Of a stretch of 64,000 nucleotides of DNA, positions 38,087-47,655 are shown one piece after another (the first letter of the stretch is position 1; every line of letters starts with the position of its first letter). The stretch covers positions 40,982,001 to 41,046,000 of the forward strand of contig NW_025963791.1 in assembly GCF_023055435.1 (NCBI RefSeq), given 5' to 3'. Made by a program: the position numbers and the translations under genes. Source of the DNA: Haliotis rufescens (taxonomy: Eukaryota). The notes beneath the pieces were generated by a model. The model was given only the letters and a program-made list of their open reading frames with translations, searched no databases and was not told the DNA's origin.

Positions 38087-40162
38087 TTCAAGAAGAATGA
38101 ACAATCCGCTGCACTTGTGCGCCTTGCGCAAACTCGATAACCCAATCAACCCTGTCTCAGGGCATTGTTTCGTCGGTGTGTCTTGCAACAAAAGTTCACA
38201 AATTACGTCATAGGGTATAATGTGTTTGTAAACGTTGTGCAGCTAATGGTAGGCCGAAATCATTGCATGTGTTATTTCAGACATAGGTAAATATGTGGAA
38301 GAGCGCAGGTACAACCACCTCTGCCTTACGAAATACACGATGACCCATACATATACGAAATGTACTTCTCAATTTTGAAGTGATGTTTTCAATAATTTCT
38401 CTGTACACCAGTTATAACGCATGACAAACACTAGATATAGTCCTCGCCACATGAAACAGAACCGCGAAATATCGCAATGATTCATAAACGAAGATAGCTG
38501 CATGTATGTTCATACTTATAAAGTGAAATGAAGCCAGTTTGGCGATAAGGAACATAACAGTAACGAAAAAAATTGCAAAGTGCGCTTATCAATTTTGCTA
38601 GCTATAAACATCATCATTGAGTCTCAATCGTCTCAATCGCAGTTGACTGCAGGCGACTATTATGTAGCAGCTGATTGCTGAAGTGCTGAGAACGTACAAT
38701 ACCAGAACGAACTGAAAGAAAACAATCCGCGCATATGTAGTATTTGAAGGGCTGTTGACCAAGTTCACTGATAACTACAACCGGAGCAGTCACCTGAACT
38801 ACGACCTTTTACCTGGATTGTAACCACGTGATCATAACTCATTTCAACCCAAGATAACTTCTTGCCCTGGAAACACACAAAAATACAATATTTCTCAATA
38901 ACAAAAGACGCCAGTTCAGTGCAGACCTGGGTCCACTTGCACAAAGCAATCTTAGTGCATACTATAACATGGACTTACGACAATCATAGCCCAAAGGTAG
39001 CTATGTGCAAGCGGGAACTGATCTGTATACCAAGTTTCCGCGTGCGAAATACGCTCTCAGTCGGAAAGCCCACGTAAAATCTCCAATGTAAGTAAGTAAG
39101 TAAGTTCATGGAGAAAATGTTGAACGATTTACGACTTATGCCCCGGAGAGGAAACGTGATGGACGGACGGTGCCGTGTCTATATCCCCTACAAAACTTCG
39201 TTTTATGCTGGAATAAAACTCAGCATCAGATTTCAAAGAACCCTTAAATGTGTGAGGATCGGCAGCTGCTAAATGGCGAATGGCAAATTAAGTAAATTCA
39301 AAACATAGATAAGAAAAGGCAACACAAAAGTGATCTTGACGTTTCACTTCGTTATTCATTGTTCTTTGTGATTTATCACGTAGCTATCATAGATTGGACT
39401 ATAGACCCTTAGTGCACCCATCATTACCAATAGGTAAGCCCTTTACACAATGCACGTGAGCACTTGAAGATTAATCAAATAACACTGATAGTTATAATGG
39501 TATGACTAATGGTCTCTGGTCAAAAGTGTAAGGGAGACAATCGCTGATGGTGTTTTGTGAGATATGCTACTTCTACACATGCAACTACCATTTTGAAATT
39601 CTGTCACAGCAGTCCGCCAAGAGTTACTTCCCCTCTGAATTCAAACATTAGAACATAACAAGAAGCCTTTACAGAAGGGTTGTACCACTGACCAAATACA
39701 ACGCATAAAGAGTAAAGGGAACTGAATAAATTACATATTTTATTACAAAATATCACAAAATGCACTTTGTAAAATGTCATCTAGAGAACAAGTCAAAGGA
39801 TATTTTGGCAGCAAGATTAAACATAAAATGAACTCCCCAAGAAAGGTACCAGATTTCAGCAATGAATAATCACAAGAATTGTAGATATTTAGTGGTTTGG
39901 GTCTTACACCACTTTGAACAGTATTTCAGTTTTATCAGGGTGTGTCAGATTGATGAAAATCTAATGCAGACACTCAGTGGTTTTCCACTAGGTAAAAAAC
40001 CCTAAAGCATAGATATGATGCTGAAAAACAAAGGATCACAACCAGGACAAACCTGGGATTTGAACGTACATGGGATTTGAACATACAGTACAATCGGCAG
40101 ATCCTTCATTTTCACAGAATTCAGGCCCTTCACATCACACTACCAAAAATTATCTTAGTAAG

Positions 40163-40322
40163 GTGTGAGTATTATTTTAAGCTGCTTTTTTCGCAATATT
40201 CCAGCAATATCACAGCTGGGGACACCAGAATTGGGCATCACACATTGTATCCAGGTGGGGAATCGAACCCAAGTTTTTGGTGTGGCAAGCGAATGCTTTA
40301 ACCACTAGGCTACTCTACCACA
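40163..40322 (-). mobile_element. Diverged SINE family A copy
   Basis: Reverse-complement similarity including the A and B boxes. Confidence 0.75.
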
Positions 40323-40758
40323 CCTCTTTAGAAATGAAAGCTATATTATCACTGTAATACCTATGATATATTTGCTGTATCATCCATAATATTTCATTCA
40401 CTAATATATATGGAAAACTTTCAAAGCAAATAAAAGCATGGGATGTAAACAAACTCACATATTCTCTGTATAGAAATAACAGTGTTCAATTTACATCTTA
40501 ACAAATCAGTATGGACTCTGAACAGTGTTTCATCCAAGTTTTGTCCACACAACACCATGACATCACTCATCTCTGTATGGCCAGTGTGGGAGGAAGGCAA
40601 GGTTCTCTTGACAATATCTTGACACCTCACATGCTTGCATGTAATCAGTGACCATCATAATGACCACACCCGAACTCTCTCTGGAACTGAAGTAGATGTC
40701 ACTGGAGAATGTCTGGAGATTCCACATGCACTGATTGTCTGATAGCACAGACCATCCA

Positions 40759-42040
40759 TCATTGGAGACCTATCATCTTATCAATGGGAGGATACTTCCA
40801 GTCATCATCGTTAAGACTTTTCAGTAATTGTCGTAGCTGCTTCATTCTCTGTTCATGGAGGTCTGAAAAAAAATCAAACGAAAATATATATACTTGACTA
40901 AACACATCATACTGGAATCAAGTGTGTCAACCTGTGAACAGCGATAGTGAATAGATCATGTAGCAGCATAATTATCAACTTCATTACTTTATCATCATTA
41001 ATACTCTCACTCTCATCAGAAAAACAAGAAATCATTTATTTACTTTAAAATACTGAAAGTGAGTTTAAATACTGGGCATTAGTATGCACTTTCACTGTGG
41101 CCGGCCCCCATACTTCCTGCGTGGCATTTCCATAATCAATGGTAAATTGAAGGTTTCAACCAATTCTCATTAACATCTCACAAAAATGTTGCATTGATTT
41201 ACATCCCACACTAACTGGGGTACAGCGATTCCAAGCGGTATTCCCTGATTATCCAGTTACTATAATATATTCACCCCCATATTGACATAAATTGCCATGA
41301 CCAATTCCCTGTTTCGATGTTGTCTTGGAAACAGGAAGCAAGAGCCACAGCCAGTGGGGTAGCCCAATGGTTAAAGTGTTCACTTGTCATACTGAAGTCC
41401 CGGATTCAGTTCCCCACATGGGTACAATGTGTGAAGCCAGTTTCCGGTCTGATCCACCCTGATATTGAAGTAAAACCATATCACCCATGCAATCACACCC
41501 GGAAGTCCGAACCAGTCCTAAACTATGTCTGGTAAACTGCAGGATTACCATCTCGCTTACCAGACTTGAAAAGACAAGCCCTAAATCATATTTAAATCCC
41601 TTATTGTCTCTCCAATACACAGGGGCTTGTAACACAAAAATTAGCAGCAAGAAATATATGGTAACTACAGGGGCCATAGTACTATCATTTTTATATACTA
41701 TGATCCCGGGAGTGACCAAATATATCACGCTGATTTTTGCGTTACAATCACCTGTGTCCCTACTAGCGCGTAGTACCTTTTTGTAGATTGGTGTGCATCG
41801 TCTCTATGTCGTGGTCTATCTGGAGCTTATTCAGAAGAACCTTGAAATCTGCAACACAAAATGAAAGAGTAGCCAACTTATCACTGAAGTTTATGTAAGC
41901 TACTGAACAGTTATTTTACCGCTTTGTTTTTAACACATCAACCTGCAAAACTGACCGTTTGAGTTATTCCTAGCATTTTCGGGAACTCCAGGCGATTGAA
42001 ATAGTGCCTTTCTAACCTCGTCTTCAAACATTTTAGACAT
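40759..42040 (-). CDS. ANAPC16: Anaphase-promoting complex subunit 16, join(42040-41956, 41848-41777, 40862-40759), 86 aa
   Basis: Spliced translation MSKMFEDEVRKALFQSPGVPENARNNSN|DFKVLLNKLQIDHDIETMHTNLQK|DLHEQRMKQLRQLLKSLNDDDWKYPPIDKMIGLQ*. The RKALF motif and C-terminal DDWKYPPIDKMIG match APC16 (human RKALF...DEWRFKPIEQLLG). GT-AG introns keep frame (261 nt); the exon 2 donor GTACTA is weak. Confidence 0.88.
41352..41480 (+). mobile_element. Diverged SINE family A copy (ANAPC16 intron 2)
   Basis: GGGGTAGCCCAATGGTTAAAG...CACATGGGTACAATGTGTGAAGCC. Confidence 0.75.
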
Positions 42041-42425
42041 AATGACGCTGTGGATAACACAAACTATCAATTTTACGTCTGTCAGGCACGAAAACTCCAC
42101 AAAACATCAACACTTAGAGATAGTAAGGGACGTAACCCATGCTGCAGGTTGACCATACTATTTCCGTTACAACTAGTATCATACCTTTATTTTGGCGAAG
42201 GTGCGTTGGTTCCTGATGCACGCTCGACTGTAATTTAGCCCCCGGAGCGTAGTCCCCTTTTAAACAAAATTAACATATTTTATTTTACAATGTGTAATGA
42301 AGGTGATTTACACACTTTCCAGTATGAATCTAATTACACGCTGGAACCAATTGGCATGCATGGACTGTTCCTACATATTAGAGGCTATGCATGGGGGGTT
42401 CCAGCATGTAATCATATACTCTTCA

Positions 42426-42697
42426 CCCGTGAAGACCCGGGATAGAATAGGTCTTCAGCAACCCATGCTTGCCGTAAAATGCGACTATGCTTGTCGTAAG
42501 AGGCGACTAACGGGATCGGGTGGTCAGACTTGCTGACTTGATTGATAGATGTCATCGTTTCCCAATTGCGTGGATCGATGCTCATGATGTCAATCACTGG
42601 ATTATCCGGTCCAGACTCAATTTTTTACAGACCGCCACCATATATTAGTATCTGGAATATCGCTGAGTGAGGCGTTAAGCGACAAATAAACAAACAA
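42426..42697 (+). mobile_element. Short retroposon family B (no tRNA head; structured 5' end; (AAAC)n tail), full length
   Basis: CCCGTGAAGACCCGGGATAGAATAGGTCTTCAGCAACCCATGC...TGTCGTAAGAGGCGACTAACGGGATCGGGTGGTCAG...GGCGTTAAG...AAACAAAC; about 14 full or partial copies in the window. Confidence 0.85.
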
Positions 42698-42789
42698 AAT
42701 CATAGACATTAAGTCTTTGAGAGGCATTTAGAAGTTGGAAGAACATGAATACATGACACTTTTTCATGGATAGCAACTTTTATTCTTTG

Positions 42790-42834
42790 TCACGACGTTT
42801 CAGAGCTACTTCTTGCTCATTCATCAGGTTGATG
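42790..42834 (-). ncRNA. Minimal type I hammerhead ribozyme motif (Penelope-associated, probably degenerate)
   Basis: Minus strand reads ucaac CUGAUGA au GAGC aagaagua GCUC u GAAAC GUC guga. Confidence 0.65.
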
Positions 42835-43580
42835 ATGTGATTATATCACAGTGGAGTACACACTAGGTAGGAAGATACCCTGGTCTCTGTTAATGGCTGG
42901 CTTCATTCTTTGGACTTCGATGCTTTCTTGAAGTTTCCTCTTTTTCCAATGACTGATGTTGGTATGGAGAGTCTTGGTTTGTGGCCGGGAAATATGGTGG
43001 TCAGAATGAGATGAGATGTGCAAGGGCAGATGTCATGTCAGATGTTTCAACAGAGGTCTTGTGTTCTTTTATTCTGGGGGCTATGGGGCGTGAAGTTTCT
43101 CCAATGTACATAATAACTGTACATAAAATGTATTTGTGTCCACAGTTGCATGATATCTCATACACACATCCCATGGGGTTTGGGGTGGACTGGGTAGACC
43201 TTAACATGTTTTTCAGTGTGAAGTGAAAAGTCACGTCTATGTTGGTTGTTTTGGTGAGCAGCCTGCTGATCTGGTGGCTGGTAGGGCCTTGGTATGGAAT
43301 GCTGACGAGGACGGGTGATTGGGCCGGTTTGGACTGGGAAAGGGGATCCTTTAGCTGGGTTTCTTGGGTTTCAGTACGGGTTTCTCCCCGATGTTTGAGA
43401 TAACCATTGAGGGCGATAAAGGTGTGTTTAAGATGCTGAATTTCTTTGCCGAGACTGTCCGAATTGCAGATGGTTTAGCTCGTCGGGTGAGGGTAGCAAT
43501 TATGGCTTGTTTGATCTGAGGATGGTGGTTTGACATGTAGTGAATGTAATGGTCCGTGTGAGCGGGTTTGCGGTAGACGG

Positions 43581-43648
43581 CATCTTCCCGAGGCAAGTGA
43601 GTTAACTGACTATAAAAGTCCAGTTTCCAACCTTGCCCCGGGAAGATG
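43581..43648. mobile_element. 68-bp minimal member of the same MITE family inserted in the Penelope RT
   Basis: CATCTTCCCGAGGCAAG...CTTGCCCCGGGAAGATG; TSD GGTAGACGG/GGTAGATGG. Removing it restores the AIYRKP reading. Confidence 0.85.
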
Positions 43649-45059
43649 GGTAGATGGCGGTGTGGATGTGGTCATGACTGTTGTCGAGTTGTACATCGAG
43701 GAAGGGTAAGTGGTGGTGGCTTTTTGTTCCCATGGTGAACTTGGTTCTTTGGTGTTGTAGGTTGAGGTGGTGCAGATGGACTTCGGGGTCCTAGTTTTTT
43801 CTAGGATGGTGAACGTGTCATCTACTTCTCTATGCCAGCATAAAGGTTGGAAGGGGGAGATATCAATTCAGCTTTTTCAAAATATGTCACAGCGATTTCT
43901 GTAGTAAGTGGGGACAAGGGGGAACCCATTTGGAGGCCATGTATCTGCTGATAGATCATGCCACCCCATGTGATGTTCGAGGTGGTGAAACAGGAGGCAG
44001 TTAACTGTGTGATGCTGTCTATGGAGACGGGTGTGTCTAACTGGTCTATAACTTGATGTGTAGGATTTTGAGGGCTTCTTGCAGAGGTATGTCGGTGAAG
44101 AGGACCATGCGACCCGTGAGCTTTGATTTTTGAAGTTTGTTGTCAAAGGTTATGGAATCGCTGATGTAGGATTTTCCTTCTTTCACCAATGGTACTAATA
44201 ATTTGGCAAGGTGCTGGGCTGTGTTGTTGAAGACTGAGCCTCTGGAGCATCCAAGCATTTTGACTTTGACCGGATCTTGGTGGATTTTGACAGTGGATGT
44301 GGCGTAAGGGGGCTGCGAGTTTATGGGGTTCAGTTTGTTGAACATAGTGTTATTTGTGTCTCTTTTACTGTAGATTTCTTGGAGGGTTTTCTTGTGCTGT
44401 CTTTCTAATTTACTTCATGGTGTCAACAACAATATGTTAATTTCATAACATACTGTTTAACAATTAGTTACCGTTTTAAAACCAGTTGGAAGTGAAAAAT
44501 ACTACAATTTACAAGTCATTGCCCAGGAGTTTGATTAAAAATTGGATAGCATTTCACTCCATACCATAGAAGGCCCAGCTGTATGCAGCATACAACACTG
44601 TGGGCCGTTATCCGATTGCAGCATGCTGAATCTAGTCGGATACAGATTCAAACAGTTTTAAACGCTATTTTAAGAAGGACTTTCAAATTCTAATACCTTT
44701 TTTTATATACTGTAAAAACAAAAATATTATGCCAGGATCAACATTGTTCAGATTAGTGGAATTTGAACACGTTTTGATAAATTTCTTCAAAGGACTAACA
44801 TTGCTTATATAATTGCAGCACAAAATGTCCCCGTTCGGTGAAATCATTTTATATAGCTAACTAGTCTAGCAATTGATGTCATTATTTTATTATGTTTCAC
44901 CAATGCATCCCTTGTCCCAAATATAGTGAGAATACATTACTGTAACACCCTTCATAAAAGGATTTTTGAAGTCGTCAAAAACGGTTGAGAATCACTTTTT
45001 TGCAAACGTTACAAGACCTGCAAGACAGGTCGCTATCAGTTAAAATAGGGAGCAATCAA

Positions 45060-46200
45060 TGGCACGCCAATATGGGTAAAGCACAAAACTATTTCACAAA
45101 TCCCCCCAAAACTCCAGTCAGCCCTGGACGGAGTAGTTCAATGGTGCAATAAATGGGGGTTCACCCTTTCAAGTGAAAAAACTGTGGGAGTTCTATTCAA
45201 ACGCAGGTGAAAGATGCTATGATACCCCGTGTCCATAAAAGGCAAACCAATCAAATTCGAAAAATCCGCAATATTTCTAGGGGTGATCTTTGATCAACCT
45301 TCTCTTGGCGCAAACAAATAGAATATATGGATAACAGATGTCAAAAAGACCTGAACGTATTACGGACAATTCCAAGCACATCTTTGGGCACATCGAGGGA
45401 CATTCAGCTTGACCTCATCTTCCCGAGGCAAGAGAGTTAACTGACTTTAAAAGTCCAGTTTCCACCCTTGCCGAACTAGGCTGATAATATGGAGTTACAG
45501 TTTGGCTGGACTAACGAGTCTAAACATAGTCCAATCAAAATCGCGCAACGAAATCGAAATCCAGTTCGTAAATTGTCGCGCAGATTTCGGTCGATTGCAG
45601 GATTTGCAAAACATTTCCACCGCCAACTCATTGTCAACAGACATTTTCCTAATCGTTTCATGTTTTTAATCAAGGTGCTCACATGATGTGATGCACTTCG
45701 CGATGTAAGACCCGTTTTATTACAATATAGATCTTGATTATAGATCAGATCGTCCTGAATGGGCGCCGCCATTTTGTTTTAAACAAATGCAAGTGATACG
45801 AAAGGTAGAATCTGATTGCTCCATAGGAGAGGCATGGAAGGGACATATTTCGTGATATCCACTGGTGATGCTACGATCGGGACCAGGAATTCCAGCCTAG
45901 TTCGGCAAGGGTGGAAACTGGACTTTTGTGGTCAGTTAACTCCCTTGCCTCAGGAAGATGGCTGGACCTCTACAAATCACTTGACAGATAAAAAATAGAC
46001 TATGGTTGTGAGGCCTTTCACTCAGCATCAAATACTGTCTTAGCCACCTCGACATAATACAATACAACGCCCTAATGCTGGCCACAGGTGCAGCAACAGG
46101 CACTTCACTAGAAGCACTACAAGTAGAAACGGGAGAACTCCCATTGAAACTAAGAAGAGAGCAGCCAATATTACCGTTCTGGGGGCGAACATCAAACCCT
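45060..46200 (+). mobile_element. Decayed I/Nimb-like LINE ORF2 fragment (RT C-terminal part), split by a MITE
   Basis: ...LQSALDGVVQWCNKWGFTLSSEKTVGVLF...KSAIFLGVIFD...LNVLRTI...KIDYGCEAF...LATGAATGTSLEALQVETGELPLKLRRE. Confidence 0.75.
45416..45960. mobile_element. Mutator-like MITE, about 70-bp TIRs, 9-bp TSD
   Basis: Ends CATCTTCCCGAGGCAAG...CTTGCCTCAGGAAGATG; TSD GCTTGACCT/GCTGGACCT. Confidence 0.85.
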
Positions 46201-46253
46201 TTGGTGAAAAGGATATGGCAAGACTATCAGTTGTCGGACTTTCATTTTTGTGG

Positions 46254-46347
46254 AAGCCTCGTTGGCTGAGCGGGTAAGATCGCTGACTTTGTGTGCTGGC
46301 GATTAGGTGCCTAACACAGTGTGGGTTCGAATATCCGGTCGTGACTC
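46254..46347 (+). pseudogene. tRNA-like (Leu/Ser-type) pseudogene or SINE head
   Basis: Box A TGGCTGAGCGG and box B GGTTCGAAT, but no intact cloverleaf. Confidence 0.45.
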
Positions 46348-47655
46348 AACACAAAAAGTACGAAAATCTGTACTATACGAAGAAAGTGTTATTCCAAATA
46401 TAACATTAGTTACAAAATCTTACAATTTATTCAAATTATCCCAAAGAGGTGCAAACTGTATGACCAGCAACTGGCCCATCCCATGACAGACTGAGTCAAT
46501 GGGATTGTACTTCCGACGGCATCGTGTTTAAAGTAGTCATTCGCTCAATCTCACTAGGTCGTCACAGATCAAAGATCTAACTTTGAAATGAACTAGCTTT
46601 TATCAATCAACCTTCTTTGTCTGCCATTTATACCCACTTTGTTTGTGTTCATTTTGAAGGTTTTGATACAATGTCATGTCAATTTTATTCGAAACTGAAC
46701 GCAATAGTTATTTTAGGAAGAACTTTTATTATGTTGATTGATCTAATGACACAGAGATAACGTGACGCTTCCTCGTATTATACTAATTAAGAAGTTTATA
46801 CCATTTCCGGTTGAGTCAATCTCCATTTAAAAAACCCAAAGAAATTAAGAATTTTATCTTTGAAAATATTTAGCATGGGTGTAGCATAATCTCGACACCT
46901 CTTCACGGAGAGAGATTTCGTATTGGAGTAAACGTTCTGATTAAACTAGATTGATGTCACCCACCATGAACAACCACGTATGATGCATGCAAAGAACTTT
47001 CCAAAACAATGACAGTAACTATCTTATATTGTTAGACAAAAAGCTTTTCTGCTGGCGTAGACATCCATTCGAAACTGTGATACCCACTGGCTCTTTGAAT
47101 CAGAAATATCGCACGATTAACCAACATCTGTTCAATCTGGATCATATATATAGACGAGTAATCCCGCTTAAAAGCCCCCCCGGTAATAATCGATGTACAG
47201 AACCGGAAGAGAACGTTCATGCTAAGCTATTATCTGTCGTTTAGAAAACAGCCCACGGGGAGGTAATCCATCGAAGGTGAAGGTCGAAATCCAGGATCAC
47301 AGCTAAGCTTCAGAGAGTGCAGTTTGTCTTAATGAAACCATTAGCGCACGAATGGTGTCGTGCTTGCCAGGGGGAATACCACAATTACATGACCATGTAC
47401 ACTTATATTTATGCTTTGGCTAAATGCGTAATTGTGTTATGAAGTACCCTTTTTCACGAAATCATAGTTACGAGAGAGCTGAATGATTGGTGCTGATGGT
47501 CAATATTAAAAGTTGATATTCATTTCAACATAGACACGCAGTGATATTTGTCTTTACGTGGCCTGGCGTTCGGTCCGTATTCTGATAAAAGGGAGGCAAC
47601 TAAGTTTGCAGTTGTTTCATCGTTCACACCTAATCAACACTGTTGAAGAAGGAAA

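Larger units (their letters stand above)
42750..44420 (-). mobile_element. Decayed Penelope-like retroelement (RT plus GIY-YIG endonuclease)
   Basis: Frameshifted motifs GLQMGSPLSP, (Y/E)VDDTFTI, LPFLDV, YRKPAHTDHYIHYMSNHH and VYEISCNCG...YIGETSRPIAPRIKEHK; 3' hammerhead core and AATAAA. Confidence 0.9.

Noticed and set aside
41387-41728. 113-aa ORF with a signal-peptide-like hydrophobic stretch
   Set aside because: Lies inside ANAPC16 intron 2 and ends in an antisense SINE; no supporting structure.
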